IMG/VR virus record: IMGVR_UViG_3300025133_009393
DNA length: 64,000 bases
Source of the DNA: a virus
Reading direction: 5' to 3' (one strand)
Part shown: in pieces, positions 18,145 to 28,651 of the stretch
How positions within the stretch are numbered: position 1 is the stretch's first letter
Layout of the letters: each line of letters begins with the position of its first letter
The notes under the pieces: model-generated
The model's input: only the letters and a program-made list of their open reading frames with translations
Told to the model about the DNA's origin: nothing
Databases searched by the model: none
Translations under genes and position numbers: made by a program

Positions 18145-21100
18145 TTATGAAGTCGGAACATGCGCACAAGGATCAACACCTTCAAGCAACTCTTGTGCCA
18201 ATTCCTCTTTTTCTTGATCGAAGGCGTCAAAAAGACCTTCTGTAATAAGTAGCAAGCAATAAATAAATCCGAACAATGTCATGGGTGGCCCAACTCCCCA
18301 GCCAAAAGGCGGCGGCGGAAATAAAAATCCATATGGCAAGTTTACTGGGAATTGAGCAAATGAAATTGCCGGGACCATGAATGGAGAAATAGCCTCAACG
18401 ACTTTTTTAACTTCGTCGATAGCTTCTCTCATTTCCACTTCAGCCTCTTCAAGAGCATCTTCTGCGGATTGGATGCCATCTTTTATTCCTTGAACAGTAG
18501 CTTTTATTTTTTCGTATTCTGCTTTTAGCTCTGCTACTTCTTGTTGTTTTTGCTCTAGCTCAAATTGAACAGATGGATCCGGAGGCTGCTGTTTGTTAGC
18601 TTCTTTCTGGAGTTTGTCTATAGAAAGTTCTGTAGTATCAATAGCTATCTCCATCATTCCTGGCTTATCATCTGTTCCAACCGCCGATTCAGCTTTCTCT
18701 AATTGAGTTTTGAGTTCGGACAGGACCAAGCCTACGCTGGCTATAATTCCACTTCTTACCTCTTCGGCGATCATGATCGAAGTATTAACAATTGTCATAA
18801 TTAAATCGTTAATGGTTATGGCGGTACTAACACAAGGATCTGTTAATGTTACAACTCCCTTGAGAATTAATCTAGGCGTCGTATATAACATCTTCAGCGC
18901 TATATCTCCCCATGGCGTGTTGTGTGAGCTAGTCGATTGTGCGTCAGTGCCGATCTGGTAATTAGCTATACTACCATATGGTCGCATCGAATAAGGTAAT
19001 TCAAATTCTCCTTCCTCTATCAAGCCCATAACAAAATCTAGAATTATCTCGCGAGTTGCCTTAAAGCGATTCTCCATTCTAAGATCTTGGTTACTTAAGC
19101 CGGCGTGCAGACACATGAATGACAACAATCTATCATATGGAAATATATGATTAAACAATAAATTATATTCAGGAGTTTTTCTTAGTTGATTCATCAATTC
19201 AGGAACTGCCTTTGCATATGAAGCCGCTAAGGTACCCCTGCCTCCAACATCAGGCGGCCTAAACGCACCAAACTCCAAGGGGGCGCCGGTACAATATATC
19301 TCTTCTACATCTATAAGCGCGTCGGCAAAAGGAATTGGATGAACTCGCAGGCTCCGATGTTCTAGGCCGTCTTCAGTGCCACCGGACGTCTCATAATATT
19401 CGATCCTATCTCTGTATTCATTTAAATCAAAAGCTTTCTGCTTCGCCATCATTAATTCAAAAGAATTCATAATACCCTTGGTGCCGACGGATCCGGCGTC
19501 TTGTGCTTTTTTAGCATCGCTATAAAGCATATCCATGGCATCAGACAAGCCTTTTGTTATTTCAGCTCTATAGTCTTCATGTTCTTTAGTCTCTCCTTGG
19601 TGACGGCCGCCGCCATATTTGTCAGCTGGAGGGACATACATCAATCTTAAACCATATTTCATACAAATAAAATACTGTTTAAAATACTGCAAAGTTGTTG
19701 CATTTACATGTCCAGTTTTCGGAACTGTTATCGAATCATATTCGCCACTCCAAAAAGAATATTTATAGCCAGGCCGGTAGTTGCCGCCGGCGTGAAAGTC
19801 GTCGGGACCGGTCGAGTGGCTGTTAAGCGGACTACCGGCGTTCTGTTTTTCCCACTCTGATACCTCTTCAAAATATGCGCCGGCCTCAGTGGTGGAAGGT
19901 ATCATGCCTCCGTAGTTATAGGAGCCGCGGCCCCCTTGGCCGTATTCTAGACTAATCCTAGGATACGCCATACCCTGTTCTAAAATTTCGCTAAAGTGAG
20001 TCTCCGCGTTGTGCCAGCCATGTTCATCTGCGAGCTGGCCAAATGCTGAATCAATCATAATTAAGTTTGCATTTTCAAGTACATGTGACCAGCCGAAGAC
20101 GCGTCTATCACTAGTCGTATGAAGTTTAACATATTTATCGGTGTTGGCCACGGTGGGGCCGCCGGCGACCATCACGAGGGGATCGGACTCCAGCCCCACC
20201 GGGTTGTTGCCGCCCGTCCAAGTTTCTTTAGCACCTTCGGCTGTCATGACATATCCCGGGGGGTACTTTGGATTATAAACAAGGCGATCATATTGGGGGT
20301 TGAAATCATAATATTCATCAGACATATTATAAAGCTGTCCGGCGTCCATCGGGGTCTCGCCGACGGTCATATGGACATCGATGTGTGCGCGCGCTTTCGC
20401 TTCGACGCCGGTCAAGCCGAGGTGGAGCGTTGTATTCATCGCTGACAGTCTGATAAATTTATTTTTCAGGTCTACAAGCCTGCTATATGCTGCATGCTCG
20501 GCGTTCTTCACCGCGGCTTCTAGTTTAATTTGATTTTCTTTAAATTGTGGATCATCTTCTTCCATATATAGATCAACAGCGCTAGACTCAAGGAAACTGA
20601 GCTTGTATGCTTTTCGATATCTTAAATATTGTTTATGGACAGCCTCTAAAGTGATTATTCCGGTATAATTGGGGTTAGACACTGGGAAGAATCCATAGTC
20701 TGTCGTCTGTACGTCCATGGTACCATCTTCGTTCATATGAAGATCCAATGGCTCTCCATCTTCGTGAAGAAACTCATATCCAATGTTCGGAGAAGCTTTA
20801 TCCTTTACATAGGACTCATATACATCGTGAACGAGGCGTGGGAGACCGTCGATGGTATGACCAGCGTTATGGTTAGGAGAGGCAAACGGGAAGGCCGGGC
20901 CGAGCTTACGGAAGCCTACTAGATTTTTAAGGCCGGCAGAGGTTTGAGTTTCAAGAGTTGCGTAATCCAGCATTGTTCCGGCGGGGGGCACATCGGGGGC
21001 GGGCACATCGACGGTAAGTACTTTCCAAGGTGTACTCTTTGACTTGGTGATCTTGTTCACTGCCACATCGCGCGATGCGCTAATATCATCTTTGTATCTG

Positions 21101-24100
21101 AAAATACCCTGACAGGGTCGCATACAATCAAAAGAATATATTATGTCAAACAAATCATCGACTTTTTGAAGCATCTCTTGATACTTATCTGCATCCTTCG
21201 CTGCATGTGCGCCGACCTCGGGCACATGTCCATGAGCAATATTCCAACCAAATGGACGCCTGTGTCCCAAAGGTGTTTCCATAACAACATCATACAGGTA
21301 GTCAAAAGGACCGGCGATTTTCTCGAAAACTTCACCCCAGAAGTCTATGCTGCTAACTCCCGCTTCATCGAGTTTTTCATATGGTCTGTCTTTGTCCTCG
21401 AAAACCTGAATAAAAGGATCTAAAGTTGCAAGATCCGGGACATCGATAGCCATAGGATTGCCGAGTGTATCGGTCGGCTGGGGCATTGGATATGTCTTGT
21501 TAAACGCCGTATTGTAGATCTTGCTATGCTGGCCTGGAGTTTGGGGGTCGCCGGCGGCATTTCTGTGTTGCACCCACAGATAAGGCTGCAAGATAAAGCC
21601 TCCGTCTCTTAAAAGTTTCTCTTGGTTGCTTACACTCATCTTAAAAAGATTGGACGGATAAGCATTGGCAGAATGATTAGCTACCAGGGCCCCGCCATTT
21701 TTTGTTTTCTGGGCAGCTCCCTTATTCCAGTCATTTGTATACTCAACTAAATTATTGTCCGGACTTTTTGAATTAATATATAGTCCATAATCCGGATGCT
21801 CGGTGGGGCCCGCAATGCCGAACTGATGGGCGGCAGGCCGGCCGACTGCATAAAGTTGATTCGTGTTAAGCCCAGAAGCGAAAGGAGCAATAATGAGGTT
21901 ATCGACAAAATCATGATAATTTTTAATTCTCAAATGTGAATGACCTAGATCATCCAAGAGCCTGTTCATTGTCGCTACCATAACAGAGTATTGTCTTTCA
22001 AATATTCTTTCAATGGCTTTGTGTGCGGGCCATCTTTTGTGATCTTCCTCTAACTCGTGTTTGTGGTTGTAATTTTTGCCATCATCGAGGCCTACAGTAT
22101 AAATCGGCTTGTGAAGAACATAGTTCTTAATTCTATGTTTGTGAGGGCGCCCGAACCCTTGTGGGTCGGCGCCTGGAGATACAATCTCCACCGCCCATCC
22201 ATCACCATTTTTATCAATTTCATATGTATGTTTATGATAACTTTTATTGGGATGTTGAGTTATGCCTCTTCCGTCAGCCAATTCGTCCAGCAAGATTGAA
22301 CTACATCGAGCGCCGATAAGTTCATAATATTCTGGAGATTCAGACTTTAGCTGATTCATCACTCTATTGATGGCCAAAGATCTAAAATATTGTTTATGCA
22401 TGGCGGGGCGCACATCAAAAGTTGTTGCAACTGGTAAATATTCAAATAAAATTTGCATTGCAGACAATCGAAGTCTCATTTGAAGGAGACCATCGAGGGA
22501 AGCTTCTTCGATGGGCTCTAGGCCGAGGGCCTGATCTTTGCTGCCCTCGACGGCCTCTAGATACATTGCATCTTGCTGCATTATTTTTTTATCTTCTTCT
22601 GATATAAGCAATGGCTGTCGGCATAATACCTCTCTTAACCGATTATCTATCTGCTCTCTTAGCGGCTCTAGACCCAACAATCTTTCAGCGACAGTGCCAT
22701 CGTTAAACTCGCATATATCCGAATATGAAGTTAAAAATAATTTTCTAATAAACTTATCAATAAATTTGACACTAAAGAACGGAGATACTAAAGTTCTTTC
22801 CCGCATCTTGTGTACAATACGCTCTGTTTCAAAAGGGTGTATGTGGTTCGCGAAAACAGCCGATATCTTTTCCTCGGACTGCTGGGTCAGACTAAAATCT
22901 TTAACAGCAAAATTTGGATCCGCATCAGAACTGGGATTTGATTTCCAAGGTAACCTTCTGGTAAATTGAGCAACGGTCAGTTTACCGAACAGGTCAGCAA
23001 CTGATCTTGGCTGTTTGGTAATGTCTATCCCGGATGCTTCCATCGCATTAAGAGAGGCCTGTGACCAATCTTTTGTTTCAAGTTCATCAATCAATTTTAA
23101 GCCAGAATTATCAACATTTATACGAAATGCATCAGAAGACTTGCCTGATGCATCTATATCCGATTCTATTACTTCGTATGAAACTTCCAGGCTAGATTGA
23201 TTAACCCTATCCATCAGCTTTGATGTAGCTTTGGATGTAATACCGCTTACTTCCTCGTATGTTTCATCAGGCCGGCCGGTTAGCGCTAAACTAAATGCCT
23301 GTCTCATTGCCTTTTCGGCGCCCGGGTCGTAGTCTCGGATCATCTCAAAAAATTCAGGCTTCATGGTTGTCGGATCTTTGTGTGAAGGATCGGTGCCATA
23401 AGAGCCGGCTGTGGACGTCGGACCATTAACTGCAGTAAGCAGCTGAGATTGTGCTTCGCTTCTCGGAACAGTCAAAATATGCTTAACAGTACTATCTTTG
23501 TCGTCATATATCCACTCTCCCTTTACCCAATGCGCCGGCTGTTTATAGTGGCCAGGCACCCATACAAGCTTAGACTGCGATGAGGTAGCAACCTCTTTGG
23601 CCTCGATCGCCAGCTCGGACCGGGTCATTGCGTCGGCTTCGGCTTCATCATCCTTTGAAAGCTCTCCATAGGACCAATAGCCGCCAATCCATACCTCTTC
23701 TTCTCCAGTAATCGGTACATGGTGGCCAGGAACATATCTTACATCCGGCGCAGACTCTCTTTTCAAAGCGCTGCGATCTGATAAAGAATCGTAAAGTCGT
23801 TGGAAGGGCTTGAGTGGTGGCTCTGCTTTCATAAGAGCTGCCGGGTCTTGTTGTGGTAGTTCAAAAGTAAGGCCGCGATCTCGCAATTCTTGAAGCGGAA
23901 TAAGAGTTGTACAAGAACGATGGGGCAGCCCGGGCTCCAAGTCATGACCCCGGGCATGATATCGACACCAGTTTTTGTATCCGTCATCATCTGTGTTCCC
24001 GCCTTCGCCAAAGTCAATTGGACTAGTTGGATACCCCCGGGGCAGTGGGGAGCCTGCGATCTGGTAGGTGCCTTGCTCATCCATAAGTCTTTTTAGAGTC

Positions 24101-27100
24101 TGCTTGTCCGCGAGACTAACCAAGCCAGACCCATTTTTTTCATTGAAGCCACCCGGGTGGCGACCAGTTTTGTCATAGCAAAAAGCCATTACGTAATCTT
24201 CATACGCAAAGTCGACTATAGTTTTGCCACTTTTTTCATAATGTACATTCTTTTCTTCATAATCAGTTTCGTATTGAAACGTAAGCGGCCTCTTTAAAAT
24301 AACAGCATAATAGCGTTTACGTCCGGACGGCCAATTGTCCATCCATTGCTGCCACCAATCATCTTCGCGTATTAACACTGCAGGAGTATGATTGAAAACA
24401 TATTTACCATCAATATATAAAAACTCCGGAGCGTCGTTGGGCTTGCCGCGCTGGGCGCCTTCGATGTGACGGTCGTCGGTGATCTTCCAGCCACGACCCT
24501 TATCGGCAAAAACAAACGATTTTGATTCTTTCTGGCGTGTGATCATTGGGCCACGACCGGGGGCTACTGCTCCTAGCTGGTCCAAGCCAGGATCAGTAGT
24601 AAATTTTGGAGCAGGATACTTTTTATAATCAGGGGCGCTAGCGACCCATTCATCCATAGAGCCCAAAACAGCAGCCATATCAGCCATCACCGCTGCTTCT
24701 CTTGCGGGGTCCGGACTAATAATTGCCTTAATAGAGGATGCTTCTTTTCGAAAAATGTTTTTAATTATGCCAAAGATGGTATCCAAAACCATTTTGTTGG
24801 CCCGAGCGATGGACGGGGCGACGCCGCCAGGAATTAAATCTTCACAACGAAGAGTGGGAAGTTTATTTCTCAACAACTCAGAGGGATCTTGTCTCAGTAG
24901 GCTCATTAAATCTTTTATTTTTTCCAAATTACCATCAAGCTCATTTTTAAGTTGAGATTCGATTTCTTCATCCGAAAATCCATGAGATAAAAGGGCGGCG
25001 CGTTTGCCGGCAAGAGAATCAAAATCTTCACACAAATCTTCAATGTAAGGAACATATTCTTGATACTCCTCACACACGTCTAAATCAATGTAGCTACCAA
25101 CATGTGTAAAGAACATACGGATATCCGGCAAAGTACTGAGTGCTGGTAAATATTCTTGATAGTCTCTTTCTATTAAAGATCTTATTAACATCAGTATACT
25201 TTGTGGGCTCACACCATTAAAGAGGTTGCATAATTCTCGTCCGGTTAACATTCTCGCCACGTTTTTCATAAATCTAGCGGAATTGTCTGTTGGGAGATCA
25301 TATGCTTCGTAAGCTTCCCTTAAGGCTGGGCCAGCTGCTTCACTAACAAATGCCGGGAATCGATTTTCGAGTACTCCATATTCACCGGAACCAACACTTG
25401 GGCCCGGGCCTGGCTCTGTAAGACATGCATTCATCAGCTCGGACATTGCACCTTCGACGAGGCCGGAAACGATACCGGCAGTTATCTCCCAAAGCATATC
25501 TTCGTAAATTTCTACTAAGTCTCCATTAGAGCTTGTTATCTTCTTATATTTTGGAAACGTAAATTTTGGTATTGTCGGGAGATCCGGAACAAAATCCATA
25601 AGGAATTGCCAATCAAACGAACCTTCCGGAGTTGTGAGATCCTCAAATACAGCTGTGGGGTCTTCTAAGAAATCTCCCGGGAGGTCCAACATTGTCTGAG
25701 TAATATCTGTACAGATCTGCTTAAAGTCAAAAAATTGTTTTAACTCTTGTATAAAAGCATCTACATCTTCGGCAACGACGGCTGTGTCTGCCATAAACTC
25801 CGCAACGTTTCCGGAATCATCACCAGGGACGCCGCTTTGAGCAGCTGTGTATTCTGCCGGAGACATGCCAGTGCCAGCTTCGACGGCTTCCCCTATAACA
25901 ACGCCAAAAGGATCTGCTACATAATCAGATTCTACTTGAGACTGCATTTCGGATTGGGCGCCGGCGGCGGAAGAAGCAATTGCTTCTACATCATGTAAGC
26001 CTTGTTGAATAACACTATTGCTGTTGGTGCTTTCTCCTGTGAATATTTCCTCCGGAGTTCCGCCGAAAGCCGAAGTGGTTAAGCCATCGATAGTTCCCAT
26101 CGTTACTGCTCCAGAAGCACTTAAAACCAAACGCATTTCGTCGACACCAATAGCTTTAAGCAGCTCTCTAAATAAATATTCGCATAATGCTTCGCCAGTA
26201 AGTGGAATTCCAGCTAAATGTGATAGACACTTTAATATCTGAGCCCAAACATGTTTCATATCAACTTGATTGAAAAGTTTCATATAGATATCTTCAAATG
26301 TTTTCCACTCTTCAGATTCTAGCCAAGATGGTTCATATATAGGATCGCTGTCTGAATCTCTCTCTTTCGATGCAGCGAGATAGGCCTGTGTACGACTTTT
26401 TCTAATAGCAACGGTTTTTTCTAGTTCTTGTTGTTCATGATATTCTTTTTCTGTCAAGATTGATTTTTGATATAGCTCATCCAATCTTTCTTTATCTTTT
26501 TTCTCTTTTCCTTGTACAGCTTCGTAGTCAGAGGCCGTCATCCCAGAGCCGTTAGGATAGATTTTAACAGCAGGATATATTACGCCGTTGACGAACTCTA
26601 TCCATTCATCTGTATTTCCTTTTTTCTTGGTATCGTACGCGTATATTTCTTTATACAGAGAAACTAAATGTAATGTTCTGGGTGAGATTTTATTTCTTAA
26701 ACATTCCAATCCAACATGGCATATAGACAATGCAGTGGTTTTTGCACCAAAAGACACCTGAGATATTAACATATTATCCTGGGCACATTGAAATTCCATA
26801 TATGCTCTCGGAGTTTTTATACCCTCTGGAAAGCCTTCCGGCTCGTATCCCTGGCCTGGATATTTCAAAAACTCATCAACTATGTCATTCAAACTTTCAA
26901 GCTGTCGGGCCTCATGAGCCAGGTCAAGATGATGTATTACTCCGCCTCTTCTTTCAAAATCTTTAACTTTTTTATCATATCTTCTCAATATGCTGGCGAT
27001 TTTTTTCATTGTTGTGGAAAAAGAAGAAGCCCCCAAGTCAAAGAACGTATTAAAACAGCCTCCATGCTCGGCACAATATTGTTTATGATCATGAAGCTTT

Positions 27101-28638
27101 GCCTTGCTTATATCACCTTCGAAGGGTATGCTATCTATGAAAGCTCGGCTGACCGCAACAAAAACGTGGCGGCGGCCGTCTCTGGGGTCTATATAGACAC
27201 CAAAAGAGTCCGGAAACCTCTCCGTCTGATATCGGCCAGCGACGTTTGCCGCGGCTGTAGCCATAGCCCCCGGGGGTGGATTCGGTACAAAAGCTATATC
27301 GTTAGATATCGGAGCTTCGGTTGGTGGGGGCTTGGGATCCAGCAAAGATATTTTTTCCATCAACGCGGCGCGCGTATTCAGGCCGGCTGATTCCAAATTT
27401 TTTCTAAAAAACTTAACTACTTTTTCTACGCCATCTGCTCTTTGTTCAAGATAGCCCGGGCTTGGTAGAAGACGAACTACTTTTACACACCAAAAATCCT
27501 CTCCAAGTAAGCCTGGATCAGGAATTGGAAGATTCGGATCTTTTTCAAGCCAAGCCAAAGGATAGCGACGTATCTGAACCAGGCGTGTTTGCCACCTCCG
27601 TAAGCCCCATTGCCCTTTTTTTGGCAGCGGTATATCTTGAAGTACGGAAGGGATAGCAATGTTTGGATTTCGTTTTACTCTTTCATAGCCATGAAAATTT
27701 AACTGATACTCGCGAGTTTGAATAATGTCCAAGCCATGTTGTGGCGCCTTCGGGTGTGGAATTTGATCTAACTTAGAATCCCAACGCTCTCCTTTGATAT
27801 AAGGGCCGGGCTTATTCGGGCCTAGGCCTACGTAGTACGTTGTAAAGGTCTTCAGTCTGCACAACATAGGGGCACAATCGTCCATCTTTTTGTACCAATT
27901 GAAGCCTTTGTTTTTGCTCATCGAGTCAGCAATCGAGGCTGGTGTCCAGGTATAGTTTTTTGGTGGCTGTGAAGGGAATGGCAGCGGATGCCATGGTGGC
28001 TTGGCCGGATCGGTTTCGGGGGCCGCCCCTTCCAAAACAGGTGGGAGATCATCTAAAAGCTTGACTAGTGTTTCGCGGAAATTAGCTTCATCAATATTGA
28101 AACTAGCCTCATATCGAAAAGAATATCCATCCAAATCTCCGTGCGTTTCAGCGGGATTAATAGAGTCAGCAAAAGGAAAGTCTGCACCTATGGTGAAATC
28201 CTTAATCTGAGAAAACCAGTCTATAATAAAACTCGGAGGCGGATCAGGATGAGGGTTCACATCCGGATCAGATGTACCCCAAAATTTAGGCCAGTCACTA
28301 TGAGTGCCGGTACCAATGACCCATCTAAAATCTATCATCTTTGTGAGTTTTTTGGAATATTGTATAGCAGAAGCATGAGAAACCGGGTCGCCGTCGTCTA
28401 TACCTACAGACTCTCTCCATACTCTAAATTTTTCACTATCTTTAGTAAAGAATTCATAGAAAGTCTTCTTAACTGTAAATTCAGATGACTTTATTATTTG
28501 CTGAAGTGAATCCTCTGAAATTTCTAAAGTCCAGCCGCCGGTATCATGATACTCTTTCCAAAAATTCTTCTTCGTAGAAACTCCTGAAATATTATATTGA
28601 ATATTCGAAGGCGATTTTAATGTTATAACTGTTCCCAT
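18145..28638 (-). CDS. Giant (3497 aa) hypothetical virion-associated protein
   Basis: Uninterrupted ORF between the spike and gp25-like genes. Contains an HxH cluster, W/Y-x-x-G-x-W/Y/H repeats, a C-terminal coiled coil and a hydrophobic Pro-rich tail. Function inferred from position only. Confidence 0.6.
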   Translation of the reverse strand: MGTVITLKSPSNIQYNISGVSTKKNFWKEYHDTGGWTLEISEDSLQQIIKSSEFTVKKTFYEFFTKDSEKFRVWRESVGIDDGDPVSHASAIQYSKKLTKMIDFRWVIGTGTHSDWPKFWGTSDPDVNPHPDPPPSFIIDWFSQIKDFTIGADFPFADSINPAETHGDLDGYSFRYEASFNIDEANFRETLVKLLDDLPPVLEGAAPETDPAKPPWHPLPFPSQPPKNYTWTPASIADSMSKNKGFNWYKKMDDCAPMLCRLKTFTTYYVGLGPNKPGPYIKGERWDSKLDQIPHPKAPQHGLDIIQTREYQLNFHGYERVKRNPNIAIPSVLQDIPLPKKGQWGLRRWQTRLVQIRRYPLAWLEKDPNLPIPDPGLLGEDFWCVKVVRLLPSPGYLEQRADGVEKVVKFFRKNLESAGLNTRAALMEKISLLDPKPPPTEAPISNDIAFVPNPPPGAMATAAANVAGRYQTERFPDSFGVYIDPRDGRRHVFVAVSRAFIDSIPFEGDISKAKLHDHKQYCAEHGGCFNTFFDLGASSFSTTMKKIASILRRYDKKVKDFERRGGVIHHLDLAHEARQLESLNDIVDEFLKYPGQGYEPEGFPEGIKTPRAYMEFQCAQDNMLISQVSFGAKTTALSICHVGLECLRNKISPRTLHLVSLYKEIYAYDTKKKGNTDEWIEFVNGVIYPAVKIYPNGSGMTASDYEAVQGKEKKDKERLDELYQKSILTEKEYHEQQELEKTVAIRKSRTQAYLAASKERDSDSDPIYEPSWLESEEWKTFEDIYMKLFNQVDMKHVWAQILKCLSHLAGIPLTGEALCEYLFRELLKAIGVDEMRLVLSASGAVTMGTIDGLTTSAFGGTPEEIFTGESTNSNSVIQQGLHDVEAIASSAAGAQSEMQSQVESDYVADPFGVVIGEAVEAGTGMSPAEYTAAQSGVPGDDSGNVAEFMADTAVVAEDVDAFIQELKQFFDFKQICTDITQTMLDLPGDFLEDPTAVFEDLTTPEGSFDWQFLMDFVPDLPTIPKFTFPKYKKITSSNGDLVEIYEDMLWEITAGIVSGLVEGAMSELMNACLTEPGPGPSVGSGEYGVLENRFPAFVSEAAGPALREAYEAYDLPTDNSARFMKNVARMLTGRELCNLFNGVSPQSILMLIRSLIERDYQEYLPALSTLPDIRMFFTHVGSYIDLDVCEEYQEYVPYIEDLCEDFDSLAGKRAALLSHGFSDEEIESQLKNELDGNLEKIKDLMSLLRQDPSELLRNKLPTLRCEDLIPGGVAPSIARANKMVLDTIFGIIKNIFRKEASSIKAIISPDPAREAAVMADMAAVLGSMDEWVASAPDYKKYPAPKFTTDPGLDQLGAVAPGRGPMITRQKESKSFVFADKGRGWKITDDRHIEGAQRGKPNDAPEFLYIDGKYVFNHTPAVLIREDDWWQQWMDNWPSGRKRYYAVILKRPLTFQYETDYEEKNVHYEKSGKTIVDFAYEDYVMAFCYDKTGRHPGGFNEKNGSGLVSLADKQTLKRLMDEQGTYQIAGSPLPRGYPTSPIDFGEGGNTDDDGYKNWCRYHARGHDLEPGLPHRSCTTLIPLQELRDRGLTFELPQQDPAALMKAEPPLKPFQRLYDSLSDRSALKRESAPDVRYVPGHHVPITGEEEVWIGGYWSYGELSKDDEAEADAMTRSELAIEAKEVATSSQSKLVWVPGHYKQPAHWVKGEWIYDDKDSTVKHILTVPRSEAQSQLLTAVNGPTSTAGSYGTDPSHKDPTTMKPEFFEMIRDYDPGAEKAMRQAFSLALTGRPDETYEEVSGITSKATSKLMDRVNQSSLEVSYEVIESDIDASGKSSDAFRINVDNSGLKLIDELETKDWSQASLNAMEASGIDITKQPRSVADLFGKLTVAQFTRRLPWKSNPSSDADPNFAVKDFSLTQQSEEKISAVFANHIHPFETERIVHKMRERTLVSPFFSVKFIDKFIRKLFLTSYSDICEFNDGTVAERLLGLEPLREQIDNRLREVLCRQPLLISEEDKKIMQQDAMYLEAVEGSKDQALGLEPIEEASLDGLLQMRLRLSAMQILFEYLPVATTFDVRPAMHKQYFRSLAINRVMNQLKSESPEYYELIGARCSSILLDELADGRGITQHPNKSYHKHTYEIDKNGDGWAVEIVSPGADPQGFGRPHKHRIKNYVLHKPIYTVGLDDGKNYNHKHELEEDHKRWPAHKAIERIFERQYSVMVATMNRLLDDLGHSHLRIKNYHDFVDNLIIAPFASGLNTNQLYAVGRPAAHQFGIAGPTEHPDYGLYINSKSPDNNLVEYTNDWNKGAAQKTKNGGALVANHSANAYPSNLFKMSVSNQEKLLRDGGFILQPYLWVQHRNAAGDPQTPGQHSKIYNTAFNKTYPMPQPTDTLGNPMAIDVPDLATLDPFIQVFEDKDRPYEKLDEAGVSSIDFWGEVFEKIAGPFDYLYDVVMETPLGHRRPFGWNIAHGHVPEVGAHAAKDADKYQEMLQKVDDLFDIIYSFDCMRPCQGIFRYKDDISASRDVAVNKITKSKSTPWKVLTVDVPAPDVPPAGTMLDYATLETQTSAGLKNLVGFRKLGPAFPFASPNHNAGHTIDGLPRLVHDVYESYVKDKASPNIGYEFLHEDGEPLDLHMNEDGTMDVQTTDYGFFPVSNPNYTGIITLEAVHKQYLRYRKAYKLSFLESSAVDLYMEEDDPQFKENQIKLEAAVKNAEHAAYSRLVDLKNKFIRLSAMNTTLHLGLTGVEAKARAHIDVHMTVGETPMDAGQLYNMSDEYYDFNPQYDRLVYNPKYPPGYVMTAEGAKETWTGGNNPVGLESDPLVMVAGGPTVANTDKYVKLHTTSDRRVFGWSHVLENANLIMIDSAFGQLADEHGWHNAETHFSEILEQGMAYPRISLEYGQGGRGSYNYGGMIPSTTEAGAYFEEVSEWEKQNAGSPLNSHSTGPDDFHAGGNYRPGYKYSFWSGEYDSITVPKTGHVNATTLQYFKQYFICMKYGLRLMYVPPADKYGGGRHQGETKEHEDYRAEITKGLSDAMDMLYSDAKKAQDAGSVGTKGIMNSFELMMAKQKAFDLNEYRDRIEYYETSGGTEDGLEHRSLRVHPIPFADALIDVEEIYCTGAPLEFGAFRPPDVGGRGTLAASYAKAVPELMNQLRKTPEYNLLFNHIFPYDRLLSFMCLHAGLSNQDLRMENRFKATREIILDFVMGLIEEGEFELPYSMRPYGSIANYQIGTDAQSTSSHNTPWGDIALKMLYTTPRLILKGVVTLTDPCVSTAITINDLIMTIVNTSIMIAEEVRSGIIASVGLVLSELKTQLEKAESAVGTDDKPGMMEIAIDTTELSIDKLQKEANKQQPPDPSVQFELEQKQQEVAELKAEYEKIKATVQGIKDGIQSAEDALEEAEVEMREAIDEVKKVVEAISPFMVPAISFAQFPVNLPYGFLFPPPPFGWGVGPPMTLFGFIYCLLLITEGLFDAFDQEKEELAQELLEGVDPCAHVPTS

Positions 28639-28651
28639 ATCTTATTCTCTT

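Noticed and set aside
178-28638. Inteins, introns or diversity-generating retroelement explaining the giant ORFs
   Set aside because: No intein splice-junction or homing-endonuclease motifs, reverse transcriptase or TR/VR repeat pair noticed by eye; a dot-plot would be needed to exclude this fully.
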